DNA of 64,000 nucleotides from Candidatus Roizmanbacteria bacterium CG_4_9_14_0_2_um_filter_38_17. GTDB taxonomy: Bacteria > Patescibacteriota > Microgenomatia > GCA-00278855. Position 1 is the stretch's first letter, and each line of letters begins with the position of its first letter. Under the pieces are notes generated by a model, which did not search any database, was not told where the DNA came from, and saw only the letters and a list, made by a program, of their open reading frames with translations. The stretch spans positions 5,467 through 69,466 of the forward strand of contig PFSB01000006.1 of assembly GCA_002788855.1 (NCBI GenBank). Reading direction: 5' to 3'. The translations under genes and the position numbers were made by a program. Below, piece after piece: positions 8,707-18,908 of this stretch.

Positions 8707-9849
8707 ATGCGACCCGGAGTTAAGATCTTAGTTGCAAGTTATTTTATAACAGTTCTGCTGCTCTTTCTTTATTCCTTTACACAGATAGATCTAAATCTAA
8801 CACTCTCACGTGTGTCAATTTGGCAGGGCATACAGAAATGGTTTATGTATATTGGATATTATAAGCGCCCCTTGTCTACGGCTATATTTATTTTAATTCT
8901 TCTGGCACTATATACGCAATATACTTTATTCCTTCGGCTGTCCTTGTCTAAGTTTTTAAGTACGAAGCATCTATTTCATATTATTATCTTAACAGGGGTT
9001 GTGCTGCTTTTTTCTTTTCCTGCTTTTTCGCATGACATCTTTAACTATATGTTTAGTGCTAAAACAATTATTAAATATGGTCAGTTACCATACTTTGCTC
9101 CACCGATGAATTTTCCCGATGATCCATGGCTTAACTTTATGCGTTGGATACATATACCAGGAACCTACCCACCTCTCTGGATACTTTTGACCTTACCTAT
9201 GTATCTAATCAGCTTTAATAAAATTGTGCTACTCATAATTAATTTTAAGCTTCTGTCTGTAGCTGGATACCTGGGTTCAAGTTTTTTGATTGCAAAAATT
9301 ATGCAGCGGATAAATTATCGCTACTGGAAAGCGGCAGTAGTTTCTTTTGCGCTTAATCCACTTGTCATTATTGAGAGCTTAGTTAGTGGTCATAACGATG
9401 TGGTCATGGCATTTTGGATGTTGCTTTCGATATATCTCTGGCAGAAAAAAGAACGTCTCTTTGGTGTGTTTACACTTTCAATATCCGTGGGAATAAAATG
9501 GATGTCTGTCTTTTTGTTACCGCTTGCAGTGTTTGGACCTAGGAGACTATTATCCTTGGCATTGATGTTGTTGGGTTTGGGTTTGGTCTTAACAAGGCGA
9601 GAATTTTTGCCTTGGTACTGGATCTGGATTGCGCCGCTTATAAGTTTGAATGTAGACCGCAAATTTATCTTTATACCTGGGGTAGCTTTGTCTTTTGGAC
9701 TATTATTGCGTTATACCCCATTTCTTTATCTGGGGAACTGGGATCCGCCGGTGCCCACGATTAAATTCTGGGTTACTGTTATTCCATTGGTTACTTCAGC
9801 TATAATGGTTGTATTGTTTTATTATGTTCAAAGACATCCAAAAAAATAA
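8707..9849 (+). CDS. integral membrane protein, putative GT-C/GT87(DUF2029)-like glycosyltransferase (paralog of 54363 gene)
   Basis: Polytopic protein with conserved loop motif FSHDIFNY shared with paralog 54363..55487 (FSNDIFNY). Confidence 0.4.
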   Translation: MRPGVKILVASYFITVLLLFLYSFTQIDLNLTLSRVSIWQGIQKWFMYIGYYKRPLSTAIFILILLALYTQYTLFLRLSLSKFLSTKHLFHIIILTGVVLLFSFPAFSHDIFNYMFSAKTIIKYGQLPYFAPPMNFPDDPWLNFMRWIHIPGTYPPLWILLTLPMYLISFNKIVLLIINFKLLSVAGYLGSSFLIAKIMQRINYRYWKAAVVSFALNPLVIIESLVSGHNDVVMAFWMLLSIYLWQKKERLFGVFTLSISVGIKWMSVFLLPLAVFGPRRLLSLALMLLGLGLVLTRREFLPWYWIWIAPLISLNVDRKFIFIPGVALSFGLLLRYTPFLYLGNWDPPVPTIKFWVTVIPLVTSAIMVVLFYYVQRHPKK

Positions 9850-11332
9850 GACGTTTATTATAAGTATTGTTATTTTTCTGGTCTTGTATTTTGTTACACG
9901 ACTTATTAATTTAACAGCATTACCTATATTTACCGATGAGGCTATTTATATACGTTGGGCGCAGATTGCTAATCAAGATGCAAGTTGGCGATTTATCTCG
10001 CTAACTGACGGTAAACAACCTCTCTTTGTTTGGGGGGCCATGATAATGTTACGTTTTGTGAGTGATCCGGTCGTAGCTGGACGAGTAGTATCTGTATTTG
10101 CGGGAGCTGGGACACTAGTAGGAATTGGACTACTGGCTAGAGAACTTTTTAAGAATACGAGAACAGGTATAATCGCATCTTTCTTGTATTTAATCTATCC
10201 CTTTGGATTAATGTATGATCGAATGGCTCTCATGGATTCGATGGTGGCGATGTTTTCAGTTTGGTCACTGTATTTAGCTGTAATACTGGCTCGGCGTCCC
10301 AGATTGGATGTGTTGTTGTTGTTTGGCATGGTGCTGGGTGGAGCGACTCTGACTAAAACGAGCGGTTTCCTTAATATTTATCTGCTGCCAGTAACACTTT
10401 TACTATTTGATTGGCAAAAGAAAAATCGAAATATGCGACTTCTGACATGGTTTATATTTGCATTATTTGCGGTTTTTCTTTCCCAGGCATACTACAGTAT
10501 CCTGCGACTTTCACCTTGGTTTCATATGATAGCTCAGAAAGATACGACTTTTTTGTATACACTTACAGAGTGGAAAGAACATCCCTTCCGCTTTTTGTAT
10601 GGAAACCTAAGAGGAGAGCTTGATTGGGTTACACATTATATGACCTGGTCTCTTCTCCTACCAGTTATTGAAGCACTAGTTTTGTTCTGGAAAGAGACGA
10701 GGGTTAAGCTGTTACTTTTAATAATGTTTAGTGCTCCTTTGGTTGGATTGGCTCTATTTGGTAAAGTTCTTTATCCTCGTTTTGTCCTATTTATGACAAT
10801 GCCACTATTGGTTCTTGCAGCATGGAGCTTAAATTATATGACTGAGCGAATTAAACACAAAATGGTTCTAGTTCTGATATATGTGTTGTTGGTTAGCTAC
10901 TTAGTGTATTTTGACGCTAAGATATTGCTGAGTATTATTACGGCACCTTTGCCTAGATCTGACGCTGGTCAATATGTTAACGATTGGCCATCAGGTTGGG
11001 GAATTAGAGAGTCAGTGGACTTCTTAGCTAAAGAGGTTCAAGATAAAGAAATTACGGTGTTTACTGAGGGTAATTTTGGCTTATTACCGTATGGTATTGA
11101 GATTTATCTCGTAGATGATCCAAAACTTGAAATTATTGGAATGTGGCCTGTCCCAAGTGAATATACAGATCAGATGAAAGAAAAGATTGATCAAGAGCCA
11201 GTTTATTATATTTCGAATCGAGAGCAAGAGCTACCTTGGAAATGGAAAGCAGAGCTAATTGGTGAGTGGAATAAAGGCAGTAATACAACTCGCAAATTAA
11301 GGCTCTGGAAGCTTAAGGATAATGAATCGTAA
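9809..11332 (+). CDS. ArnT/PMT-like GT-C glycosyltransferase (COG1807-like)
   Basis: First loop has PIFTDEAIY (DE/DEx motif) followed by WRFISLTDGKQPL; 507 aa polytopic. Start could also be the ATG at 9824. Confidence 0.55.
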   Translation: MYCFIMFKDIQKNKTFIISIVIFLVLYFVTRLINLTALPIFTDEAIYIRWAQIANQDASWRFISLTDGKQPLFVWGAMIMLRFVSDPVVAGRVVSVFAGAGTLVGIGLLARELFKNTRTGIIASFLYLIYPFGLMYDRMALMDSMVAMFSVWSLYLAVILARRPRLDVLLLFGMVLGGATLTKTSGFLNIYLLPVTLLLFDWQKKNRNMRLLTWFIFALFAVFLSQAYYSILRLSPWFHMIAQKDTTFLYTLTEWKEHPFRFLYGNLRGELDWVTHYMTWSLLLPVIEALVLFWKETRVKLLLLIMFSAPLVGLALFGKVLYPRFVLFMTMPLLVLAAWSLNYMTERIKHKMVLVLIYVLLVSYLVYFDAKILLSIITAPLPRSDAGQYVNDWPSGWGIRESVDFLAKEVQDKEITVFTEGNFGLLPYGIEIYLVDDPKLEIIGMWPVPSEYTDQMKEKIDQEPVYYISNREQELPWKWKAELIGEWNKGSNTTRKLRLWKLKDNES

Positions 11333-12833
11333 GCAGTATTTCTTTTTAGCCTTTGTACTCATACTAGTAATTCCTCTTCTTCTGCCTTTGTTTAAAGTAG
11401 GATTTCCTGTTACGGACGATGCGGATTGGTTTATCATTCGTTTTACTGCTTTTTATCAAGCACTTTCTCAGGGGCATTTTCCTGTACGCTGGTTGGGTAG
11501 GCTGAACTTTAATTATGGTTATCCAGTTGCCAACTTTAATTATCCAGCATATATGTATGGGGCAGTGCTACCAAAGCTATTGGGATTTGGTTTTGTTACC
11601 TCCATTAAGTTAGTGCTAGGAGTTAGTGTAGCTTCTGCATCTGCATTTACCTATCTGTGGCTAAAGAGTATGTTTAACCGCACTTGCGCGCTTGTGGGAG
11701 CATTGGTATATGTTTATCATCCATATATCTTATTTGATCTTTATAGGAGAGGCTCCATAGGTGAGATTGTAGCTCTGGGGGTTGTGCCGTTTGTTCTTTG
11801 GTCAATTGAGCACAGAAGTAGGTTCTGGACAGCCATCGGCCTAGCTGCTCTAATAACATCTCATAATATTTTAGCTGTGTTATTTTTTCCAGCTTTAATA
11901 GTCTATATGTACATTCGTTCTAAATTTAGCAGAAGAGAGCTGATGCTAAATGTGCTTTTTGGATTAGGATTGTCAGCTTTTTTCTGGGTGCCAGCGATCT
12001 ATGACTTACAATATACAGTTTTTACTAGTACCACTGTTTCAGTATGGATGAATCATTTTGCTGATATTAAGCTGTTTGGATATCTAAATGTTGCGATTTT
12101 ATTGCTGTCCTTAGGAATTATCTTTAGATATCGTACTAAGCTGTCTATATTATCTTGGGGATTAGTGGCCCTTGGTCTTTTTCTTAGTACCTCATTAAGT
12201 AGTTTGGTTTGGACAGTGTTACCGGTAACCTTTGTTCAGTTTCCTTTTCGTATGCTTGCAGTTACGATACCCGGCTTAGCTTTGTTAGCTGCATATATTA
12301 ATGACAGATTACCAGGTAGATTAAGGAGAGGAGTGGGTGCTATATTGATAGTCTTATTATTAATAGTTGCCATTCCAGTATTGACAGCTGTAGAAATTGT
12401 AGATAAGGGAGAAGGATTTTATGCAACGAACGAATCATCATCAACGATAAAGAATGAATATATGCCGGTTTGGGTAGGGCAGGAGTTTATGGCTCACGCA
12501 GAGTACAAGGTTCAACTTATAGATGGTGGTGGAGAGATAATACCAATGCAGGAAAAGGGGCATCTAATAGAATTTATGGCAAATCTAGATGTTCCTAGTA
12601 TAGTAGAAATTAATTCAATATATTTTCCAGGTTGGATGGCTATCGAAGGTAGCGAAGAAATAGATATTCAGGTCTCAGAAAAAGGAACAATGAATATAGA
12701 GCTACCTGCAGGTCAGCATCGGGTTAAAGTAGTGTTCAAGGAAACAACACCACGAATGATTGCAGATCTTATTTCAGTTATTTCACTATTTGCATTAGCT
12801 GCATTGCAGTTTAAGTCATGGAAAGAAACTTAA
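11322..12833 (+). CDS. membrane protein, H/D-D-x3-H family GT-C candidate (paralog group B, 1 of 5)
   Basis: Conserved N-terminal loop VTDDADW...FPVRW...NYGYP...NFNYP and C-terminal YFPGW...Q/KHxV beta-rich domain. Shared with 12818, 27619, 51460 and 58325 genes. Confidence 0.5.
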   Translation: MNRKQYFFLAFVLILVIPLLLPLFKVGFPVTDDADWFIIRFTAFYQALSQGHFPVRWLGRLNFNYGYPVANFNYPAYMYGAVLPKLLGFGFVTSIKLVLGVSVASASAFTYLWLKSMFNRTCALVGALVYVYHPYILFDLYRRGSIGEIVALGVVPFVLWSIEHRSRFWTAIGLAALITSHNILAVLFFPALIVYMYIRSKFSRRELMLNVLFGLGLSAFFWVPAIYDLQYTVFTSTTVSVWMNHFADIKLFGYLNVAILLLSLGIIFRYRTKLSILSWGLVALGLFLSTSLSSLVWTVLPVTFVQFPFRMLAVTIPGLALLAAYINDRLPGRLRRGVGAILIVLLLIVAIPVLTAVEIVDKGEGFYATNESSSTIKNEYMPVWVGQEFMAHAEYKVQLIDGGGEIIPMQEKGHLIEFMANLDVPSIVEINSIYFPGWMAIEGSEEIDIQVSEKGTMNIELPAGQHRVKVVFKETTPRMIADLISVISLFALAALQFKSWKET

Positions 12834-14473
12834 CAAAATATATAGGTATTGTATTAGTATTGTTATCGTCTTTTTTTGCGATTAAATCCTTATTGGGATC
12901 TGGATATTTTCCAGTGCACGACAGTTTACAGGTCGAGCGAATTTATGAAATGGCAAGTGCAATAAAGGATGGTCAATTCCCAGTGCGTTGGGTGTACGAC
13001 TTGGGTTATGGTTATGGATACCCTTTGTTTAATTTTTATGGTCCTCTACCTTATTATATTGGGGCTTTTTTTAATATAGTTGGACTGAGCTTAGTAGTCT
13101 CTGCGAAGTTGATGTTTGGAATTGGTATCTTAATTTCAGGGATATCTATGTATCTATTGGGTAAAGAAATATGGGGGAAGGTAGGTGGTATTATTTCGGC
13201 TGTCTTATATGTATACCTACCCTATCACGCAGTTCAAATATACGTGCGTGGAGCAGTAGGGGAGTATTATGCCTATGCTTTATTACCGTTACTTGTGTTG
13301 AGTTTTTTGAAATTGAACAGCAAGCGGGTTGAAAAGTGGATCTTTATTGGTGGATTGACGTACTCGGGAATTATACTGTCGCACAATATCAGTGCGATGT
13401 TGATAACCATGCTTGTCCTTATATATATGTTTACTTATGGACTAATTGTTAGGCGTATAAACAAATCGCAAGTTACTGTATTATTAATAGGGTTATGCCT
13501 GTCTGCATTCTTCTGGATGCCGGCTGTTACGGAAAATAATTTTACTCAAGTTAATAAAGTAGTTGGTGGTGGTAGTTATTACGGTGATCATTTTGTGGAG
13601 CCGTGGCAGCTCTGGAGTTCTGTCTGGGGGTATGCTGGATCGGCACCTATGAGTGAGCAAGATGGAATGTCATTTAAGCTTGGTAAAGTGCACATAATAA
13701 CTGCTCTAGTGGCATTGGTATGGGTTTTATATAAGCGCGATAAGAAGTATTATCCTCTACTGGCTATTTTAACTTTGTTATTTATTGGCTCTGTGTTTAT
13801 GATGCTTCCAATCTCTAAAAATATCTGGGACAGGCTACCCCCTTTAAAATATGTGCAATTTCCTTGGCGTTTGTTAATGTATGCGGGTTTTGCCCTATCT
13901 GTAATAGCCGGAGGAGTTAGTATGGTGGTTCAAAAATATAGACTAGGGATGGTGCTGGTTGCGGTGATCTTTATATTAGTTACAGTAAATGTTCGAGCTT
14001 TACCCAAACTGGAATTATTACACTTTATGCCTAGTGAGTATTATTTATTAGACGATGAGGCAATAACTAGCGATCATAATTTGCGTTGGCTAAAGTCTGA
14101 AAAGTCAGATGAATACCTACCAAAATATTTCTTCCAGCCCCAGAGAGAAGAAGATATTTCATTAAGAAGAGTGAATTTTGATGCAGACATAACTGAAGAT
14201 CGATCAAATTTGCTTAAATTTAATATCACAGCTCTTGAAATTGCTGAAATATCAATGGATATAGCTTATTTTCCAGGTTGGAAAGGATATGTTGATGGAA
14301 AAGAGGTTCCTGTTAAAAGACTAACTCGTGGAATCAGTATTACTGTTCCAACTGGAGCTCATAATGTTATGTTAAGATTGGAAAATACTCCAGTCAGAAC
14401 ACTAGCAAATTTGACTTCAGTTATAAGCTTAGGAGTATTATTGGTCTTACTAGTTAAATATGCAAAATCATAA
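12818..14473 (+). CDS. membrane protein, H-D-x3-H family GT-C candidate (paralog group B, 2 of 5)
   Basis: FPVHDSLQVERIY...FPVRW...GYGYPLFNFYGPLPYY and C-terminal YFPGWKGYVDGKEV...GAHNV motifs. Confidence 0.5.
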   Translation: MERNLTKYIGIVLVLLSSFFAIKSLLGSGYFPVHDSLQVERIYEMASAIKDGQFPVRWVYDLGYGYGYPLFNFYGPLPYYIGAFFNIVGLSLVVSAKLMFGIGILISGISMYLLGKEIWGKVGGIISAVLYVYLPYHAVQIYVRGAVGEYYAYALLPLLVLSFLKLNSKRVEKWIFIGGLTYSGIILSHNISAMLITMLVLIYMFTYGLIVRRINKSQVTVLLIGLCLSAFFWMPAVTENNFTQVNKVVGGGSYYGDHFVEPWQLWSSVWGYAGSAPMSEQDGMSFKLGKVHIITALVALVWVLYKRDKKYYPLLAILTLLFIGSVFMMLPISKNIWDRLPPLKYVQFPWRLLMYAGFALSVIAGGVSMVVQKYRLGMVLVAVIFILVTVNVRALPKLELLHFMPSEYYLLDDEAITSDHNLRWLKSEKSDEYLPKYFFQPQREEDISLRRVNFDADITEDRSNLLKFNITALEIAEISMDIAYFPGWKGYVDGKEVPVKRLTRGISITVPTGAHNVMLRLENTPVRTLANLTSVISLGVLLVLLVKYAKS

Positions 14474-15203
14474 ACCTACTGTTGAAATAGTGTTACCTGT
14501 ATATAACGAAGAGGATGAGCTAGAAGCTCATACGCTTAAGCTTCGTAAGTTTGTAGATACTCAAACAAATTACAGCTGGGATATTACCATAGCTGACAAT
14601 GCCTCAAACGATAGCACGGCTTCTATTGGTGAGAAGTTAGCAAAAAAAAATGGTATTAATTACGTACGCATAGCCAAAAAAGGGAGAGGAAGAGCTGTTA
14701 AACAGCTCTGGCTTGAAAGCAAGGCAGATATAGTAATGTATATGGATATTGATTTATCTACAGATCTTAAGCATTTAACACCCCTAGTTAAGGCATTGAC
14801 GTCGGGTGCGGATATTGCGATTGGATCCCGTTTGCTGCCAGGTTCGGAAGTAGAAAAGCGCGAACTGAGACGAGAATTTATTTCTCGAGCATACAACCTA
14901 ATGATCAAGATCCTATTTATGACGCGTTTTTCGGATGCGCAGTGTGGATTTAAAGGTATGACAAAAAAGGCTACTATGGAGCTGATTCCTCATATAGAAG
15001 ATAATGACTGGTTTATGGATACAGAGCTTCTAGTCATTGCAGAAAAGAGTGGTTATAAGATATATGAAGAAGCTGTGCGTTGGGTAGATACTCCGGGTTC
15101 CACAGTTCGGGTACTGCCAACGGCAATGGGTGATATTAAGGGATTGGTTAGGTTATGGAAGACAAGACCTTGGAAGGTAATTAAAAAAATCAAATATTGT
15201 TAG
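14460..15203 (+). CDS. GT2 polyprenol-phosphate glycosyltransferase (Dpm1-like)
   Basis: LPVYNEEDEL...IADNASNDST...YMDIDLSTD...AQCGFKG motifs. Contains an in-frame A9 tract at 14642-14650. Confidence 0.8.
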   Translation: MQNHKPTVEIVLPVYNEEDELEAHTLKLRKFVDTQTNYSWDITIADNASNDSTASIGEKLAKKNGINYVRIAKKGRGRAVKQLWLESKADIVMYMDIDLSTDLKHLTPLVKALTSGADIAIGSRLLPGSEVEKRELRREFISRAYNLMIKILFMTRFSDAQCGFKGMTKKATMELIPHIEDNDWFMDTELLVIAEKSGYKIYEEAVRWVDTPGSTVRVLPTAMGDIKGLVRLWKTRPWKVIKKIKYC

Positions 15204-15208
15204 ACTAA

Positions 15209-16474
15209 ATGAATTTGCATAGACGTTTTAATAAGTATAAATATGGATTAATATTTCTTCTTTTAGCAGCTTTTCATATTTTTTTGCGTTTCTATGAGTT
15301 AGCTAAGCGTACGGAACTAGGCTGGGATCAGATGGATACAGCTTGGGCTGCTTTTAATCTTCTCGAAGGAAATAAATTATTAATAGAGGGAGTTCCAATA
15401 AAAGGCAATACATCTATGACAATGGGTCCGCTTTACTATTATTTAGCTGTTCCATTTTATAAGCTAACAAGCCTAGATCCAATTGCTGCAAGTATTTTTG
15501 CTGGAGTAGTCAGCATCGTAAGTATGTTTATTTTCTATTTAATATCTAAGAAAATCATGGGTAAGAAAGTTGCAAGTATAGCGCTAGCGATTTATGTATT
15601 TTCACCGATTATGGTTCAGTCAGAGCGAGTTCAAGCGGCTTATATCCTCATACCAATTATTTCGTATATAACTTTTTACTTTTTATATCGACTAGTAGTA
15701 AGTAAAAACAGTAAGTATTTAATCTGGCTTGCAGGGATTATTGGGTTTGGCTTTCACGTCCACTTTGTATCATTTTTCTATCCTTTTTTAGTTCTATTAA
15801 TGCTCCCATTTCTCCCGGATGTTAGAAAGGATTTATCCAAATATATTATATCTTTAATAATATTTCTGCTGTTTTTATCACCTATGCTCTATAGTGTATT
15901 TTTTAACTCGTCTGGTGGAGGTCAATTTCTTACATATTTTGGTACTTATTTTCACGGTTTTCACTTAAGAAGAGTCCTTCAAATTGCTCATGATGGATTT
16001 ATTAGTTTTGAGATGATTCTCCAATATAAGTTTTTTCCTCCACTGGTATATTTAGTACTACCCCTATTTGCTGGTATATATTATTTTACAAAGCCAAGCA
16101 AAAACTCATTATTATTGTCTTATCTAGCTATATTATGGGTTGTTATTCCGTGGTTATTTTTGTCTACCTATAGTGGAGAATTAACGCATTATTATTTTTC
16201 AGCTTCAAGGTACGTGGCGATATTAATAATCGCATATTTAATAAATTTTTTGCTTAATAGAGGCAATATAATTGTAAAATATGTGGTAGTGAGTTTTTGG
16301 GTCATATATATAATAAATAGTGTTCAGATATTTATTGGAGAACATGAAGGTAACTATATGCTAATTAAGGAGAAAACTGGGTTCTATGTAGATAGTGGCA
16401 AAGTGCTTGAATTCAAAGATAGAGATGCTGATTATTATTTCTACCATATAAAACAACTAAAAGCTAAAAAGTAG
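15209..16474 (+). CDS. polytopic membrane glycosyltransferase, GT-C candidate (DE-motif family paralog)
   Basis: GWDQMDTAWAA...MGPLYYYLAVPFY parallels the 6388 gene (LGDEGRD...GPIYYYFMAPF); ~11 TM. Confidence 0.45.
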   Translation: MNLHRRFNKYKYGLIFLLLAAFHIFLRFYELAKRTELGWDQMDTAWAAFNLLEGNKLLIEGVPIKGNTSMTMGPLYYYLAVPFYKLTSLDPIAASIFAGVVSIVSMFIFYLISKKIMGKKVASIALAIYVFSPIMVQSERVQAAYILIPIISYITFYFLYRLVVSKNSKYLIWLAGIIGFGFHVHFVSFFYPFLVLLMLPFLPDVRKDLSKYIISLIIFLLFLSPMLYSVFFNSSGGGQFLTYFGTYFHGFHLRRVLQIAHDGFISFEMILQYKFFPPLVYLVLPLFAGIYYFTKPSKNSLLLSYLAILWVVIPWLFLSTYSGELTHYYFSASRYVAILIIAYLINFLLNRGNIIVKYVVVSFWVIYIINSVQIFIGEHEGNYMLIKEKTGFYVDSGKVLEFKDRDADYYFYHIKQLKAKK

Positions 16475-16512
16475 CCACATGTGATTGTCCGGAAGCACAC
16501 AGGTTCAAATAT

Positions 16513-16540
16513 AAGTTCAAAGTAGTGATAAAATCAGTAC
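16513..16540 (+). promoter_or_regulatory. candidate sigma70-type promoter upstream of wzx-like gene
   Basis: One of the few real intergenic gaps (66 nt). TTCAAA, ~18 nt spacer, then TGATAAAAT (extended -10-like) ending ~8 nt before the ATG at 16541. Confidence 0.3.
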
Positions 16541-17995
16541 ATGGCTGAAATAGAGCTCCATGATGTCAAAAAAAGATCGGTTGCTGGTATTTTAGCTTTA
16601 ACCTCGCGAACAGGTCTACTGCAGCTTATATCTAGTGTTGGTTTCTTTTTATTGACGATTTATCTTGATCTGAGGTTATTCGGAGTATTTATCGTGGTGC
16701 AGGCAGCTTCTAGTTTTCTGAACTACTTTTCAGACATTGGCCTTGCTGGAGCATTAATTCAAAAGAAAGAGGCGTTAACTAAAGAAGATCTGGCAACGAC
16801 GTTTACAGTACAGCAGTTGATGGTATTGGGTGTTTCAACCATAGCTCTGCTGCTGTCTTCTTGGGTTGCCGGAATATATGGTCTTGATCAGCAAGGGGTA
16901 GTTCTATTTAGAGTGTTAGTTTTGGCATTTATTTTGTCATCGTTAAAGACAATTCCTTCTATTCTTCTAGAAAGAGATCTGAAGTTTAGTATATTGGTTA
17001 TTCCGCAGGTATTTGAGGTTGTCTCGTTTTATGTCATAGCGGTGTTATTAGCCTGGAAAGGGTTTGGGATTGAAAGCTTAACGTATGCGGTTTTAGGTAG
17101 AGCTATTGTTGGTTTGGTGATGATATATATTGTGTCACCCTGGATGCCGCGCTTTGGTATTAATTCAAAGGTTCTTAAGAAATTATTATCGTTTGGTATT
17201 CCTCTTCAGGCCAATAGTCTATTAGGACTTATAAAAGATGATTTATTTACGCTATATCTAGGGACTGTGTTGCCGCTTGAGCAGATTAGTTTAATTGGCT
17301 GGGCAAAGAAATGGGCAGATACACCATTGAGATTAATTATGGATAGTTTTATTCGAGTAACCTTTCCTACTTATTCTCGTCTGCAAGGTATGGCAGATAA
17401 GCTACGTAAGGGGATTAATAAGTCGATGTTTTTTTCTTCAATATTAATATTTCCGATGGCGATAGGACTTATATTACTGATGAAGCCATTAATATACGTA
17501 ATTCCTAAATATACTAAGTGGGAACCGGCACTTTTCTCTTTCTACTTGTTTGTTATTGCAGCGGTATTTGCTAGTATTTCAACTCCCTTAACTAATGCTT
17601 TAAATGCAGTTGGTAAAGTTACAGTAACATTAAAATTAATGATTCTCTGGACAGTGCTGACCTGGGGACTGGGTATACTATTAGTGAACATAATTGGGCT
17701 GGAAGGGGTGGCATTATCAGCAGTGTTGATTAGTCTTACTATCTATCTTGTAATTAAAGTTAGTAAGCAACATTTTACGTTTGATGTACTAGCTAATATT
17801 ACACCCGCATTATTATCTAGCATCGTGATGTTATTGGTTGGTCTGTTTTTACCAACTGCTCGTCACTATAGTATTGTTGGCTTAGTTAGCACGGGGTTAA
17901 TATTAATAGCTGTATATCTTATGATGCTGCGGTTGTTTTTTTGGGGTAAACTAAAGGCAGAGGTTGTGACTATAATTGGGATTATGAGGAGCTAA
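16541..17995 (+). CDS. Wzx-like oligo/polysaccharide flippase (MOP/PST family)
   Basis: 484 aa, ~12-14 TM. N-terminal region GILALTSRTGLLQLISSVGFFLL...FGVF...SDIGLAGALIQKKE is typical of polysaccharide biosynthesis protein/Wzx. Confidence 0.75.
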   Translation: MAEIELHDVKKRSVAGILALTSRTGLLQLISSVGFFLLTIYLDLRLFGVFIVVQAASSFLNYFSDIGLAGALIQKKEALTKEDLATTFTVQQLMVLGVSTIALLLSSWVAGIYGLDQQGVVLFRVLVLAFILSSLKTIPSILLERDLKFSILVIPQVFEVVSFYVIAVLLAWKGFGIESLTYAVLGRAIVGLVMIYIVSPWMPRFGINSKVLKKLLSFGIPLQANSLLGLIKDDLFTLYLGTVLPLEQISLIGWAKKWADTPLRLIMDSFIRVTFPTYSRLQGMADKLRKGINKSMFFSSILIFPMAIGLILLMKPLIYVIPKYTKWEPALFSFYLFVIAAVFASISTPLTNALNAVGKVTVTLKLMILWTVLTWGLGILLVNIIGLEGVALSAVLISLTIYLVIKVSKQHFTFDVLANITPALLSSIVMLLVGLFLPTARHYSIVGLVSTGLILIAVYLMMLRLFFWGKLKAEVVTIIGIMRS

Positions 17996-17996
17996 T

Positions 17997-18902
17997 ATGA
18001 ATAAAATATCAGTAGTTATTTCAGCTTACAATGAAGAAAAATTGCTTGAGGATTGTTTAAAATCTGTTACTTGGGCAGACCAGGTTATTGTTGTAGACAA
18101 TAACTCGACGGATGATACAGCCAAAATAGCCAAGAAGTATGCGGATGAAGTTTATTCTCGTCCTAATAACTTAATGCTCAATGTAAATAAGAATTATGGA
18201 TTTAGTAAAGCTACTGGTGATTGGATATTGAGCTTGGACGCTGATGAAAGAGCTACAGATGAGCTAAAAAAAGAGATTCTAAAAGAGTTACAAGTTACGA
18301 GTTACGAGTTACGAGGTGATGTTAGTGGTTACTGGATTCCCCGCAAGAACATTATTTTTGGTAAGTGGATACAACACACGGGTTGGTATCCAGACTACCA
18401 GCTAAGATTATTTCGTAGAGACAGAGGTAAGTTTGCCCAAAAGCATGTTCATGAGATGGTAGAGGTGAAAGGTAAAACAGAGCAGCTTAAAGGTCATATT
18501 CAGCACTATAACTACGAGACGGTAGACCAATTTTTTCAAAAGCTTTTGGTAGTGTATTCTCACAGCGAGGCAGATAATTTACTAAAGGATGGATATGTAT
18601 TTAACTGGAAGGACGCTATTATCATGCCGCTTCGTGAGTTTTTTAATCGTTATTTTGCGCATAAAGGATATCGTGATGGCTTACATGGGTTGATTTTATC
18701 TCTACTTATGAGTGTATATCATCTAGTGGTTTTTTTGAGATTATGGGAGCGCAAGAAGTATGTAGAGCAAGACGTTAACCTAGGTGAGGTTGCTTCGGAG
18801 GTTGGCGTGTATAGGCAAACATGGAAATATTGGGTGAAGCATGCAAAAGTTGATTTAGCTAATAACGGCGTTGCTAAGCTGGTAGCTAAATATTTTGGGT
18901 AA
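17997..18902 (+). CDS. GT2 family glycosyltransferase (soluble, WaaE/KdtX-like)
   Basis: ISVVISAYNEE...VIVVDNNSTDDT...LSLDADER motifs. Paralogous to the 20509 and 53133 genes. Contains an AGTTACR heptamer x4 repeat. Confidence 0.78.
   Translation: MNKISVVISAYNEEKLLEDCLKSVTWADQVIVVDNNSTDDTAKIAKKYADEVYSRPNNLMLNVNKNYGFSKATGDWILSLDADERATDELKKEILKELQVTSYELRGDVSGYWIPRKNIIFGKWIQHTGWYPDYQLRLFRRDRGKFAQKHVHEMVEVKGKTEQLKGHIQHYNYETVDQFFQKLLVVYSHSEADNLLKDGYVFNWKDAIIMPLREFFNRYFAHKGYRDGLHGLILSLLMSVYHLVVFLRLWERKKYVEQDVNLGEVASEVGVYRQTWKYWVKHAKVDLANNGVAKLVAKYFG
18287..18314 (+). repeat. heptanucleotide tandem repeat (GTTACAA)(GTTACGA)3 inside GT2 gene
   Basis: Read directly: ...gagttacaagttacgagttacgagttacgaggtg... 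Confidence 0.9.
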
Positions 18903-18908
18903 AGATAT

